Assembly: GCF_963921235.1 (NCBI RefSeq)
Contig: NC_086102.1
Span: 88,226,001 to 88,290,000, forward strand
Direction of reading: 5' to 3'
From: Mobula hypostoma
Lineage: Eukaryota
Length of the DNA stretch: 64,000 nucleotides
Shown: positions 1 through 12,865 of the stretch, piece by piece
How the letters are laid out: every line of letters starts with the position of its first letter
Numbering within the stretch: position 1 is the first letter of the stretch
Program-made: the position numbers and the translations under genes
The notes under the pieces: model-generated
Told to the model about the DNA's origin: nothing
The model's input: the letters and a program-made list of their open reading frames with translations, nothing else
The model's database searches: none

Positions 1-2764
1 CACCGGGTACAAGTTATTCTTTTACACTGGCGGAAAGATGAATCCAAAGCTCTTTTTCTATAAGAAACAAACAAAATGATAAACATGTGGTTACAAAAGC
101 CACAAATTGAGATGATCTTCACTGTGCTGTGCTCAATTTGATGTAATAATTTAAGAAGAGATTGATCAGTTGTACGTTGCTAGTCTCGCATGAATCTGCA
201 GAACACAAGTTCAAATCCCAACAGCATTTTAGGGATTTTGAGAAAGCAACTGGAACTTTTTGCAGCTGATGTCATTAAAATGATCGTAAAGGTGACAGAT
301 TACAGTGAAGGTTAGAAAAAAAAACCTATCAGCCTTGTGTTGTGTTACTTCTGATATGAACAACCCTTTTCCCTGGTGGGGATTGAGCCACTCTCATCAT
401 GAAGAATGGTCTATCTCTTTGTTAGGTCAAAATCTTAGCATCACTGTAGGAGCACCTGCAGAAGACATTAGAATGGTTTAAAAAGAAAACTTACTACCAC
501 TCCCTCAGGACAGTTTCAAATTTTGGAAAAGAAATCAGCCGTTTCTGATGGTTTATAATCAAACCTCCATGCTTCGCTGTGTCCTTTGATATTCTCCTGG
601 ATTTGATAGTTTGTTTTCTGTAATTTTGATCAGGTTATTAATTCCTCCTTTTAGAGTCATGTGATCACTTGTGCAGTGCTGATTTTCAACACTTCATGTT
701 TTCAACTACATTAGCCTTGAGCTCTGACATTTTCTCTCTCCCTGTCTGTCACCCTCTCATCTGTTTTAAAATGTTCCTCAACATTTACCACTTTGACTAA
801 GGTTTTAATCATCTCTGTGTGAATTGGTGCCAAAATGTTTTCCATTACGATCCTTTTAATATGCAATGTGGAGTGTTAAATATTAGTGAAAAATACTGGA
901 GGCATTAAAGGCCATTATGGGAAATTCAGAAAACATTCTGTAGAATGCTGTCTCAATTTCTGTCATCTTTCAAAATGAGCATAGTTTCTATGGAGTTAGA
1001 ATCAACTGCTTAATGAATTTGAGTAGTGTTTGTATATTTAGTAGCTCTTCGGCTGAGCTGTTGAATGTTATTACCAGTGATGAACAGTAGGGGACAGTAT
1101 GTTTGTATATTAAAGCCCAGTGATTGAATATGGTATTTATTTACACTCACTCATTGATATTACAAGAAAATATGCCAAGCAAGAGCGTAATAGCCACCTC
1201 CTGATATAAAGTTAATGTAGGGCATAGTTTGTTATAAACTCATAATCACCAGCTTTACTTCTGTTGTTATGCAGTAAAATAATAAATTATAAAATATTAT
1301 ACACTTTTCCTTGAGGTACTTAAGCAGCTCTCTTTATAGTCCCAATGAATCTGCCGTTAGGACTACCTGTGGCAGTGCATTACAGACTATTACTATGTTT
1401 ATTTTTTGTGTTAAATTGCATTTTTGCCCATCATTTTCATTCTGTCTCCTAGTTTGACCCTTTTGCCAAACAGTTTATCTCTATTAACCTAATTTATAAC
1501 TGTCATGTTTTAAAATCCCTGTATTAGATCCCCTCATAAACTCCTCAGTTCCTAGAAGAGCCACCCCAATTTCTCCAGTTTTCACACAGAACTAGAACCT
1601 TCACATTTTTCCTGATGGTGCCCAGAAATTGAAACACTGCACAGCTGTTGCTAAACCAGAGTTCATTATGACTATGTTGTTGCTGTTATGCTGTATGGCT
1701 CTATAGCTCAGTGTATAAAACCCAGGGGTCTAACCGTTAAACCCAGCTTGCCACTTTCAATGCACTATGAAATCTGTTTTTGAACCCCTCTTGGAATTGT
1801 ATTCTCTTTTATAATCCCCTTTTCAGTATTGCTTTCAAAATGTAAAACTTTTCATTTCTCAATGTTTATCTGCCCATTCTACCAGCCTGCATGCATCTCC
1901 TTCAAGTCGTTCACTATCCTCCTTGCAGTTCACTCCACCTCTAAGAATTAGTGCCTTCTATACTTAACTCAGGGCTGTTGATACACATTATGAAATGTGG
2001 TAGACCTTGTACTGACCCCAGGGGAACTCTCTATTTTTCCCTTCAATTTGAAAACCAAACTTTCATTACTTAATCAAAATCCTCTTTCACATTAGTTGAG
2101 CACAATTTGTCTATAACAAAGATTTTTCAAACCAGGCTGAAATAATTTTGTATTATTTTTGTAAAATGTAATTTTCAGTTTAATTTCTTTATTTTACTGA
2201 TTTTAATTGATCTATTATTAGCAAGAAAGTCCTAATACAGTTATATAGAGGACAACATGACCTAAATCCAGAGTTAGCCCTTGTTCCGGTAGTTAAGTAT
2301 GTAACTCTCTCTCCAAGTGTCATAGAGCATGGAGCACTTCTACACGTATCTAGTTCTGGTCTTGAGAATATTCCAATTTCTCTCTGTAAATTTTTACATT
2401 TAGCTGCCTTCCACCTTTTTACTACCCTTCTCAACATTCACTACTTTAATTGTGCTATAGGTCACCTATCCAAACATTTCCTTATGTGGCTTAGTTTCAT
2501 TTAGTTTTATAGATCTGTGAAACACCATATAAATATTACATAAGTGCATGATTACACCAGGCATCAGCAGATATATTCTGGAAATCTCATGCGTGGGTTT
2601 TGACCTTGGGTTGTCTGTGGTACAACAATATATGAAAAATTGAAAATACTGGAAGTACTCAAATTGCTGCAGAGAAAATGGTATTAACCTTTCACCAAAA
2701 TATGTCTTGCTATCAAAATTGTTTGCGGAAATATCTCAGATGAGGTGCAGGAGTGATTTGATTA

Positions 2765-3310
2765 TTATTATATTGGTTTGGTTTATTATGTGTACAGTGA
2801 AATGCTTGTCCTGCATAGTGTTCATACAGATCAGATAGTTACACAGTGCATTGAGGTAGAACGAGATGAAACAATAACAATGTAGAAACAAAGCGTAAAG
2901 TTAAAGAGAAAGTGCAGTACAGGTAAATGATTAAGTGCAAGACCATAACATGAGGTCAAGGGTCCACCTTGATATACAAGATATCTGTTCAATAATCATA
3001 TTAGCGGTGTAGAAGCTGTCCTTGAGCCTGATGGTATGTGCTTGCAGGCTTTTGTTTCTTCCATCTAATGGAAGCAGGGAGAGGAGAGAATGGAGTGGGT
3101 GGGGTCTTTGATTATGCTGGTTGCTTTTCCGAAGCAGCACTGAAGTATCAACGGTCCGTAGAGGGGAGGCTGGTTTCTGTGATGTGCTGTGCGAGGTCCA
3201 CAACTCCTCAGTGTCTTGTCACATGTTGTGCATCAGGATAGGATGCTTTCTATGATGCAGCAATAAAAAATTCTTCAGCTTTCTGAGGTTAGCCTTCTTG
3301 ACTGTAGCAT
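2765..3310 (-). mobile_element. Rex1/Babar-type LINE, degenerate 3' fragment
   Basis: ORF 2931..3203 contains HPLHSLLSLLPLDGRNKSLQAHTIRLKDSFY, matching the Rex1 C-terminal motif also seen at 16794..17381; 3' UTR resembles 22610-22680. Confidence 0.7.
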
Positions 3311-3494
3311 CTTCGTGGTTGGATTTTAAGAATTAGCCAGAGAACTACAGTTTACCTTGGAAGGGAAATGCAAATCAGTGGGATTAGTTCTAATAGTAGT
3401 GATTAAAAGGAACTGAAGAGCTGACAAATGGCGAATTTGCCTCTGGACTGAATTTCTATTTCCATGCACCTGGCAGATTATTTAACCATGCCCT

Positions 3495-3710
3495 GTGATG
3501 GGGCGTTGGAGTTCAGAGTTCAATGCCAGCATCCTCTGTAAGGCGTCTCCGTACGTCCTCCCTATGGAACGCGAAAGTTTTCTCTGGGTTCCCCGGTTTT
3601 CCTCCCACATTCCGAAGTCACACGGAGGGAGGAATTGGTCATTGTGCATTGTTGGGGATTGTTGGGTGGTGCAGTTTGAAGGACCTGTTCTGCACTGTAT
3701 CTCTAAGTAA
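3495..3710 (+). mobile_element. V-SINE (HE1-like), degenerate
   Basis: B-box-like GAGTTCAATGCC followed by V-domain-like ccggttttcctcccacattccgaag. Confidence 0.55.
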
Positions 3711-4149
3711 AAAGTTAAATCTAGATTCTAGATGTGTTTTATTTTTGCTTGTTGAGTGTTTACGGAACTAGCTGGCAGTTTTTCTTCAGTAAGACACGCA
3801 GAGCTGGTCTACATTGACCGTTCAAACTGAAACATTAACCCCGATTCCCTTTTCATAGGTGCTGCCTGGATTGCTGAGCAGTTTTTATTTTGCATTTTAT
3901 TGGGTGCTGTTTGTAGATTTTTTGTTTTATTTTAAAATTATCTGAAACTTATTTTCAATTCGTTGGGATTGTTATCCTGTACTTTTACCACCAAACAAGG
4001 GAGGTTCTTTGTGCGTTAGTCGCAGATGAGTTTAATTTGCCTTCGTGCGCCTTTGAAAGTTTCCCGTAATCGTTGTATAATGAGTGGAGAGAACGGGGTT
4101 TCGAGCTGTTGACAGTCTGTGCGCTACCTGCCCCGGACCTGACACTGCA

Positions 4150-4533
4150 GGCGTTCCTGAATGTGTAACCTGGCGTGCGAAAATTCTGAAATCGGGCCCG
4201 CTGAACCTGCGCGGCTGCGGCTGCGGCTCCGGCTCCGTGCGTATATATTATGCTAATGACGATCAGGTGAGCCAATGGGCGGCGCAGCTGTCAGCGTTCT
4301 CTGCATGTATTATGCTGATGAGTGTGCCGTGGGGTTTTGTGGAGGAGCGGCGGCGGGCGCTGTTTGTCACCATCTCAGGGTTCTTTGTGGAGCCGTGGAG
4401 GTGGCTTTCCAGGTTCACTAGCAGTCCCAGACAAAATCCACACTCTCCAACCCTCACAACACTCCCTCTGCGGCGATCGGGCAGGCACAGGCAGCAAAGC
4501 ACCGTTTCTCAAGCATCTTCCTTTTGAAATAGC
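4150..4533 (+). promoter_or_regulatory. TSC22D1: CpG-rich promoter/5' UTR of the short TSC22D1 isoform
   Basis: CpG-dense stretch just upstream of ATG 4534; CCAAT at 4272-4276; repeated TATTATGCT(A/G)ATGA at 4246-4259 and 4308-4321. Confidence 0.7.
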
Positions 4534-4658
4534 ATGAATGCTGAATATTTTAAGTCACTGGCGATGGAGCTTGGGGTTTACCAGCTGAGGAATTTCTCGA
4601 TTTCATTCCTTTCCTCTTTGCTTGGAACAGAAAACGCCTCCGTGAAATTAGACAGTAG
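4534..4658 (+). CDS. TSC22D1: TSC22 domain family protein 1, short isoform, coding exon 1
   Basis: Translates [41 protein letters not shown], matching recalled human TSC22D1 ([31 protein letters not shown]); donor AG|gtaaat at 4658/4659, phase 2. Confidence 0.93.
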
Positions 4659-5294
4659 GTAAATGTCGGTGGTTGCCTTTTTGGAGCAGTGAAAGGTCGT
4701 TTCTGTTTGAGGGAGCAGATACAGTTTAGCAAATGCCTCTTGTATTGCAACAGTCTGCGATGCTAAAGGCGGTGACAGCTTCTTCGAAGTCTTAAGCTCT
4801 TTGTGGTGGGGGGAGGGGGTATTTCTGAGGAAAGCGAGTTTGTTTTTTTTGAGTGTTTTCTGAGTCCTGGGAGCTTCTGCTTTAATGTATGCTCCTGGAT
4901 ATATTGTCGAGCAATGCGGGGGAAAAATGGCTGGCGTCGTCTCACCGGCTTGTTATTTTGCCGCATTACAGCGGGGGACCCGGGAGTCAGCAAAAAGTCA
5001 AGATAACGGCGTCTTCTTTTTGTCCAAAGCTTGATCCTACACATGAATTAAAATCTATTTAAAATATTACTGGGGTGGTGGGATATCGCCGTGTTGCATA
5101 CCTTGCAAACTGCTCGCACGGGAGGGGGAGTAGTTGAATATAATGCATCAGATATCACAAAAACAAGGCTATTATCAGGTTTCAGCGCTACATTTGATCT
5201 TGGCAGGGACTTGATTTGGCTGTTATTCGCATGTTTTTTTGTGCATCAGTGGGAATAGCAGCCTTAATCTTATTTTCTTGTGTTTCGTTTCCAG

Positions 5295-5346
5295 TTCTTC
5301 TGGTGCCAGTGTGGTAGCCATAGACAACAAGATCGAGCAAGCCATG
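5295..5346 (+). CDS. TSC22D1: TSC22D1 common coding exon (TSC box)
   Basis: Polypyrimidine tract and ccag acceptor; encodes (S)SSGASVVAIDNKIEQAM; donor ATG|gtaagt; phase consistent with both neighbours. Confidence 0.96.
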
Positions 5347-5989
5347 GTAAGTGGAGCCAAATATCTATATGGCGGTTAGGGGAAAAGGGAAATTTATTAA
5401 TCGCACAGTAATACGGGGGGACAATTTTGATTATTTGATAAGCTCTTGGATGCAGCAATTATGGGAAGCAGGGAGAGCGAGAAAGGGCAGTATTTTTGTG
5501 GGACTATGCCAAAGAGGTAAGGCTAGGAATAGAAATAATTCCCAAATCACAGGTTGCAATAATGCTACTCAGGAATGGCTGTACATTGTGTTTAGTGTTT
5601 CCACCGCTAGTCCTCTGAGGACATTTATTGTGCGAATGAATCATTGCAGAGATGCTCAAGGTGAAGCAGAGACAGCGTTTACACTTTCCTGTATCTGTTT
5701 TGTATGGCATGACCGCGGGCAGAAACTGTCTCTGCAGGGCGAGGCTAAATGTTCATGTTTATAATTCGGACTAAATTAAAATACCCTTCCATGTTACTGA
5801 AACGTCAGATTGAGTGAACAGTTTCCCTGTTTGTTGCACATAGCATACGTCGAGTTTATTTTGCCGTGCTTGTGTGTGTGAACATTCCGTTTGTATTACA
5901 AGTGTCCTGGAGATCTGGGTATGGCATTGGGTGAGAGATTGTGGTACAAGACACTAGCCTGCTCTTTAATATTTGTAGCAGCAGGCCAG

Positions 5990-6460
5990 TGGGGTCGGGC
6001 CTTTGTATATTGCAGCTGCAGGAGGCGGTAGAGCGTTGAGCTCCCCGCGGGTCCGAATGTGCCAGAATTTGCTGGAAACACCGAGGCCAGCGGACACACG
6101 ATGGCGAGTGGAGGACGGAGTCGCTCTGGCCGCCCCGCCCCGCCCACTGAGGCTGTGTTCGAACTGGTTGGGCTAGGCGAGGTGGCCCCGGGCCCCGGAC
6201 CGGTGGGTGGCAGAGCCCGGACCCCGGCGCAGCGCCTCTGCCGCTCGCATCGCTCTTCCGGCTGCCGCCGCTCGATCGCAAGCCTTAAACCCCGGCTATA
6301 AATAACTCGGCTGCCGATTGGTCACGGCCAGTGACGTGGCGCACTCTGTGGGTTTTGGTGACGTCAACAGTTGTCAGGAGCGGGAGACGACGGAAGTGGG
6401 AATGCAGGTCGGGGAGGGGGAGGGGTGGGCAGTGCAGACGGTCCGGGATTGCTGCCGGAG
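5990..6460. promoter_or_regulatory. Intronic CpG island with CRE, UPRE-like, CCAAT, TATA/MEF2, ETS and GC-box motifs
   Basis: TGACGTCA 6359-6366, TGACGTGG 6332-6339, ATTGG 6317-6321, CTATAAATAA 6296-6305, CGGAAGTG 6391-6398, CGCCCCGCCCCGCCC 6131-6145. Confidence 0.7.
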
Positions 6461-8647
6461 TCAATTGGTAGCTAGTGATAGTGCTGGAGCTCCTCCATTC
6501 CCTGAACGCACTTCCCACTTCCCAAACATTTAAAGCATCTGGCACAAATCCAATTGCCTTTGGTTTAATGCTTTTAGAATCGCGGCACGCACTGCTGTAA
6601 ATTTGTGTATTCAGCAAGCAGGAATTGAAGCCTCATCCAATGGATAAGTGGGGAAAGGGGCAGGGAATTGGCACAAGGGAACATAGGGAGGGAATGCAAA
6701 CCAGAATGAGCATTTTAAGGTAACACCAGTGTGAGTGAACGAGCAGAGGGGTAATCAGAGTGCTGAGGAAGTTGGGGCACTAACAGTCAGATTTCTGCTG
6801 TGTATGTTTTCACGTGTAGATTAAGCCAGATAGGGAGAGTAGATGTAAGCACAAGAGAGAGAGTTGGCGGTGGATAAGGGATGTTGCATAGGTAGAACAT
6901 GTGGTTACTGAGAGAGAATCGGGTCAGAATCTCAGCTTGGCTTCAAGTAATTGCCTCAGTCATGGGAATGGGTACAAGTGTCTATTGTGTCATAGCCATC
7001 CTTGTCTATTTCTCCCACTTCTACCCTTTGAATATCTCTGTGGGTGCATCAGTTTTAAATTTGATGAGGGTTTCTATATCTATCTTTCAGACTGGGAGTT
7101 CAACTCCCATTCATTCTGGCAAAAAATCATCTATGCTTTAACTACTTTTTCTCGTTATTGACCTTCCTTTCAAGGGAAATGTGATTGTAGCACAATTTTA
7201 CACCCTCGTGTAATTTCCCCTCTCTCCTGACCATCTAGTGTGCCAAAGAAAATGATGCAATCTCTGCTCATAACTAAACTTCTGTAGCCTGGCAACATTT
7301 CTGTTATCTCAGCCATCCTTCAGTGTGATGACCAGAACTGTACGCCACTCTAGTTGTAGCTTCGTTCTGTCTTGTGATGGGTGTCAGTGAAGGCGAGCAT
7401 CACAAATGCTGCCTTAACACCTTAGCTAACGTGCTACTTGTCGTAGGTGCATGTGCATCACAAACGCTGCTGTTCCTTCAAACTGCATTGTGCATTTTCT
7501 CACCTTTCACAGCTATAGATTAAATTCCAGTTTGCATGCACTTAGCTGGTCCATAGATATCTTACTGGAACATCGTTTTCTTTGCTGTCAAAAAAACAAT
7601 TTTGGTGCCTGCGCAAATATTTTTAGCCATTAGCTCTTCATTTATTTCTAAGATCCAACACTGAAAAACGGCAGTCTTGGGAATGAATATGCAGTCACTC
7701 ACTCAGATAACTGGAAAATGATAGTTGGTCGGGCTCTGTGCTACTGCGATACAATGTGTTTCAGTTTAGCACCCACTCACTCAGAGAACTGAGTTTAGCA
7801 GGTTTCCACTTGTAAATGTTCCTGGCCATTTACCGTGTCACCGACTCTTCTCATCTGACTTCTCCTGTTCGATGTCAGTAGTGTTCCTTTAATGCCCTCT
7901 TCTGTGAGCTCCGACATAAAGTAACTAACTCAGCTGTATGTTTCTCCTGCCTTCACCCTTCATGTCCTGCTTACACTCTTGCTCCATTTTGTGCTGTTTT
8001 GTGCCAGGTATACAGTTTATTGGTGAAAACTCAGTTCACTCACAAGCAGGTGACAAATCAGAGCTCTTCGGGCATTAGCTGAAGCTGGGTGCTGGTGGCA
8101 AACATTTGGGATGTGGCTTTGTGTAAAAGGTTGGATATGACACGGGAAGCAGGAATAGACCCTCACACCTGCTCCAGCTGCTGGTTCACTCCCGGCTCCA
8201 CTTTCCTTTAACACTCTCAGACCCACCCATCTGTGTCTTGAGTATTCTCACGAGATGGGTGTTGCAAAGAATGTGCTTTTCTGATTTTACACAAGATTTG
8301 AAATCTCAACACCTGAAGGATTTTCATATTCCATTTCGCTTCTTCTCAAAAATTGAGAAAATTATATTAATAAATTAGAAATTTTAAACAGAAGATCACA
8401 GATAAGTATCTTCAAATATCCTCGTGGGAAACCATAAAAAGCTTTGTAATGTATTATAGAGGTGGTTTATTCTTGGCAGATGTTAAATTAATATCTTGGC
8501 AAGGAAACATCTCAAGCAAGCAGAAAAGACCATTTGACTGCTTGAACAAATCGTGGTTCTTTTTAAAGGTGCAGTGGATAAATGTTTAAAATCGTGGTTT
8601 TGTACAGTGCAATGTAATGGTCTTTAATTGGAATCTTTGTTTTGTAG

Positions 8648-8896
8648 GATCTGGTGAAGAGTCACTTGATGTACGCAGTGAGGGAGGAAGTGGAAGTCCT
8701 TAAGGAACAGATCAAAGAGCTGGTGGAGAGAAACTCTCAGTTAGAACAGGAGAACAACCTGCTGAAGACTCTGGCTAGTCCTGAGCAATTAGCTCAGTTT
8801 CAAGCACAGCTCCAGACAACTGGCTGTTCTCCACCAGTGTCTCAATCAGGACAAACCACTCAATCCACACCACCTAACGGCGGATCATCAGCTTAA
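8648..8896 (+). CDS. TSC22D1: TSC22D1 last coding exon (leucine zipper and C-terminal tail)
   Basis: Acceptor ttttgtag|GAT; [57 protein letters not shown]...*; spliced CDS is 125+52+249=426 nt = 141 aa plus stop. Confidence 0.97.
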   Translation, partial: DLVKSHLMYAVREEVEVLKEQIKELVERNSQLEQENNLLKTLASPEQLAQFQAQLQTTGCSPPVSQSGQTTQSTPPNGGSSA

Positions 8897-10292
8897 AGTC
8901 CATGCTGTAGAAACCACTGGGGCCATCGGGCTTTGCAGAGAGGAGAAATAAATCTGTCATTTCAATCATCATGTAATATTTCATCGCACACCGACAATTC
9001 TTAATTGGTTATGGGAACTAGAGTTGTATAAAGCCAGAAAGAAACTCTCTTCGGTGATAAGGCAGTTGTCTTTAGCTAAAGGAGTTTGCTTTAGGGGTGT
9101 GGAATGGAACCTTGTTCTCAAAGAGAGTGGTTGTATGCACAAGGGGAGAAGCTATCATGCAGTCCCGAGTCCTGCTTACTGATCACTGCTGGTGCTGTGA
9201 GAATGCGTGCAGAGTTTTATTTCGTTCAGCACAGCTATAGTCGAGTGTGCATGCGCATGTATGCGCGCGCGCTGATATAACCACTACCTGACAAGGTTGA
9301 GGAAGACGTGGATCAGAGGCAATCAGATACTGTCTGTGGAGTCGAGGGGGCTGTGCCCTCCTTTACAGTGCCGTGGGCCACTTTGAATTATAAATGAGCT
9401 ATGAAGACAAAATGGGAGTATGAAGGCAAAACTAGTAGTATTTAACTTGAACTACAGAACTATCACCTTGGACCTTAAATGGACAAGTTTGCTTTGTTTA
9501 CACTTCTTCAAGATGTGGAGAGGGGTCGATTTTTCAATTTAGATGTGACTCTAAAGCTCTGTGGCAATCCAAAAGATTGTTCATCTAATGTATATTGTGT
9601 ATGTAGTGTAAGTATTGTGTAATATAGAGCTGTAACTATTAGGTTGTACAGATTGAAATCTTGCTGTTTCATTGATCCAATTGCATTTGGACATTTTTTA
9701 TGCTGTTGAACAGAAATGGCATTCGTGAACAATTATGCTGTTCAAAAATACTGTAGGCCTGGAAGACTTTTTTTTGTAAGTTAATGGTACGTGACAGATA
9801 ATAGAAAGTGGTCCACTGGTCCCATTTCTATCAAGGTAAAGCAGTGGCAAATACTGCACTGACAGAGTGGTCTCTTAGTCAGAAATGGCTTTGAGAGGTG
9901 GGAGTCCCTGGGTTCCAGTGAATTGATTCTTTGTGAATGCTGTTGGTTCAGTAGTCCTTTGGTCTGTCAAAATCTATACTGTAATGGTTAGATTCCTGTA
10001 GGTTCCAGGAGCAATGGATTCATCCAGCCTGGATATATTTGTTGCTTCTAGTTGGTTGTTAAATACCTTCTGAGAAAACTGTATTCAACAGTAGTACAAT
10101 ATTTAGAACACCCACGAAGAGTGTGTTTTCATAATTAAGCACTCCCAGACCTGAAAAATTCTGTTAGCAGTTCTGATCTCTGCTATAGATTTCACATTAA
10201 CAGTAATAGTGTTGCTTATATTCTGGTGCATGTTCTGAAACAGTTGTAACACATTCAGTTATACTTGACTGCTGCACAACTTCTAAACTTTC

Positions 10293-10298
10293 AATAAA
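10293..10298 (+). terminator. TSC22D1: Likely polyadenylation signal of TSC22D1 (~1.4 kb 3' UTR)
   Basis: AATAAA followed ~25 nt later by a GU/U-rich tract (tgtgcatttgttttttc). Confidence 0.65.
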
Positions 10299-11442
10299 CT
10301 CATGTTGGTAAATAATTGACTGTGCATTTGTTTTTTCAGTGTTACCTTTAACTATAGACTGCGATTGGATAGTTTAAAAGAAATGTTATTTGGTTGAATA
10401 AATTTATTCCATTAATCACCACCTGAGCAGCTGAACCTAAATTGTGATGAAAATGAGGATCAATGCTGCAAAAGAAACAAAAAGACAGAGCACCCAATGG
10501 AAGATTTGCTTTTTATTAAGAAACAATCTATTTTAAGTCAAAATTCTACAGGCTAGAGCATTTCATTGCACAAATCGCAACATTTTTCTGTGCATACTTT
10601 ATGCATGGCTTATGAAAGTTAAAATTTTCTGCTTCATCTGTACAGCTGGGATTTTCTCAAAGTTAGCCATTCAGAAAAATAAGATGGACTTCATCAATGG
10701 CATTGAATTTGATCTTGTTAAATCAGGATAACTTAAGCAGTTGCTCCAAATTCTGATATTACATCTTTAACTTTTCTCCTTTTTAAGGTGTAGACTGAGG
10801 AAAATTTGACTTGCCTCAATTGTACATGTGTGGATATGACTGAAGCTGTAAAGGAGCTACAGTGTTCTCATCGTCATTCACATTGCAAATCTGTTCCTGT
10901 CCATGAAAGTTTTTATAAATTGCTGTGTTTATGCAACACTACCACTGAAATGGTTTCTTCATTTCCACTGAACCTCTTGTGTTTGTACAACCCATCATAT
11001 TGTAAAACTATTTAAAACATACCTTAAGTTAGTTACTAAAATAACAATAGAAGATGGGAAAAGAAAGTTAACATTTTGGATCGAAGACCCTTTGTTAGCT
11101 TACCAAGTTTGCTACTAATTTCTTTAAAACTTTGCCCCAAGTGTAGGCTTTGCAACTCGTTTAAACTTTGAAAAATTATAAACAGTGTGAATGAATTCAA
11201 GACCAAATATTGTGGTAAAACACCTGATAAAAGATCATCAGATCCTAAAGCATCCACTGGAGCTGATAATATCCAGAAAAATGCTAGTTTTTGGGAGTAT
11301 TTTCTGAAACCTCATATGCAAGCCTTCCTAAATTTGCTTTGACAATGTCTTGACAAATAGAAACCTGTGCGACTGATGAAATATACATAGCATTGGATTT
11401 AAAATTAATTGAGATGGCATAACTACATGGTAGCAACAAATA

Positions 11443-12865
11443 TAAGACATGGGAGCAGAATTTGGCCTGTGAAGTCTCCTTTCATCAAGGCTATTTTCCT
11501 TTCAGCCCCAATCTCCTCCTCTTCTCCCTGTATCCCTTTGTGCCCTGACCAATCAAGAATTTATCAACCTCTGTCTTAAATATACATAAAGACTTGGCCT
11601 CCATAGCTGTCTGTTGCAAAGAATTCCACAGGTTCACCACTCTCCGGTTAAAGAAATTCCTCCTCACCTCTGTTCCAAAAAGACACTCCTCTATTCTGAG
11701 GCTGTGTCATCTGGTCTTAGACTCTCCCACCATAAGAAACATCCTCTCCACATCAACTTTATCCAGGATTTTAACAATTCGATAGATTTCAATAAGGTCA
11801 CCCTTCACTCTTATGAATTTGAGCGAATACAGGCCCAGATCCATCAAAGTCTTTGTATGACAAGCCATTCAATCCTGGAATCATTTTTGTGAACCTCCTT
11901 TGAACCCTCTCCAATGTCAGCACGTCCTTTCAGATAAGGGGCCCAAACCTGCTCACAATACTCCAAGTGAGGCATCACCATGCTTTATAAAGTTTCAATG
12001 TTACATCCTTGCTTTTATATTCTCGTCCTCTTGAAAGGAATGCTAACGTTGCATTTGCCTTCCCCACCATACTCAACCTGCAAATTAGGGAATCCTGTAC
12101 AAAAACTCCCAAGTCCCTTTGCACCTCAGATTTTTGTATGTTCTTTCCATTTAGAAAGTAGCCAACCCTTTCACTACTTTTACCAAAGTTCGTTATCCAT
12201 CTGCCATTTCTTTGTCCATTCTCCCAATTTAGGTCCTTCTGTAGCCCCTCTACTTCCTCAAAACTACCTGCCCCTCCACCTATCTTGGTATTGTCTGCAA
12301 ATTTTGCAACAAAGCCATCAATTCCATCATCCAAATCATTGACATATAACATAAAAAGAATCGTCCCAACACAGACCCCTGTGGAGCACCACTAGTCGCC
12401 AGCAGCCAAGCAGAAAGGGCTTTCTTTATTCCCATGCTTTGCTTCCTGCCAATCAGCCACTGCTTTATCCATGCTAGAAACTTTCCTGTAATACCATGGG
12501 CTCATAGCTTGTTAAGCAGCCTCATGTGTGGCACCTTGTCAAAAGTTTTCTGAAAATCCAAGTACACAACATCATCCGATTCTCCTTCATCTATCCTGCT
12601 TGTTCCTTCAAAGGATTCCAAAAGATTTGGCAGGCAAGATTTCCCCTTGAGGAAACCATGCTGACTCTGGTCTATTTTTATCATGTGCCTTTGAGTACCC
12701 TGAGACCTCATCCTTGGAAGTCAACTTCAACATCTTCCCAATCACTGAAGTCAGGTTTCTTTTCTTTTGCCTCTCTCCCCTTTTGAAGAGCAGAGTGACC
12801 TTTGAAATTATCCATTCTTCCGGAACCATACCAAAATCTAGTGATTCTTGAAAGATCATTACTAA
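11443..12865 (-). mobile_element. CR1 LINE, 5'-truncated and degenerate (RT region plus 3' end)
   Basis: ORF fragments SQHGFLKGKSCLPNLLE, VYLDFQKTFDKVPH, KFADNTKIGG, QRDLGV. Confidence 0.9.

Noticed and set aside
1-2760. Possible exon of the long TSC22D1 isoform
   Set aside because: No ORF or splice pattern; AT-rich with decayed LINE traces. The long first exon is presumably upstream of the window.
5856-6301. 141-aa, 83-aa and 80-aa ORFs in the intronic CpG island as protein genes
   Set aside because: Low-complexity GC-driven frames, mostly non-ATG starts, no recognisable homology.
4534-8896. Assignment to TSC22D3 (GILZ) because of the MNAEY start
   Set aside because: [20 protein letters not shown] and [10 protein letters not shown] match TSC22D1 rather than GILZ.
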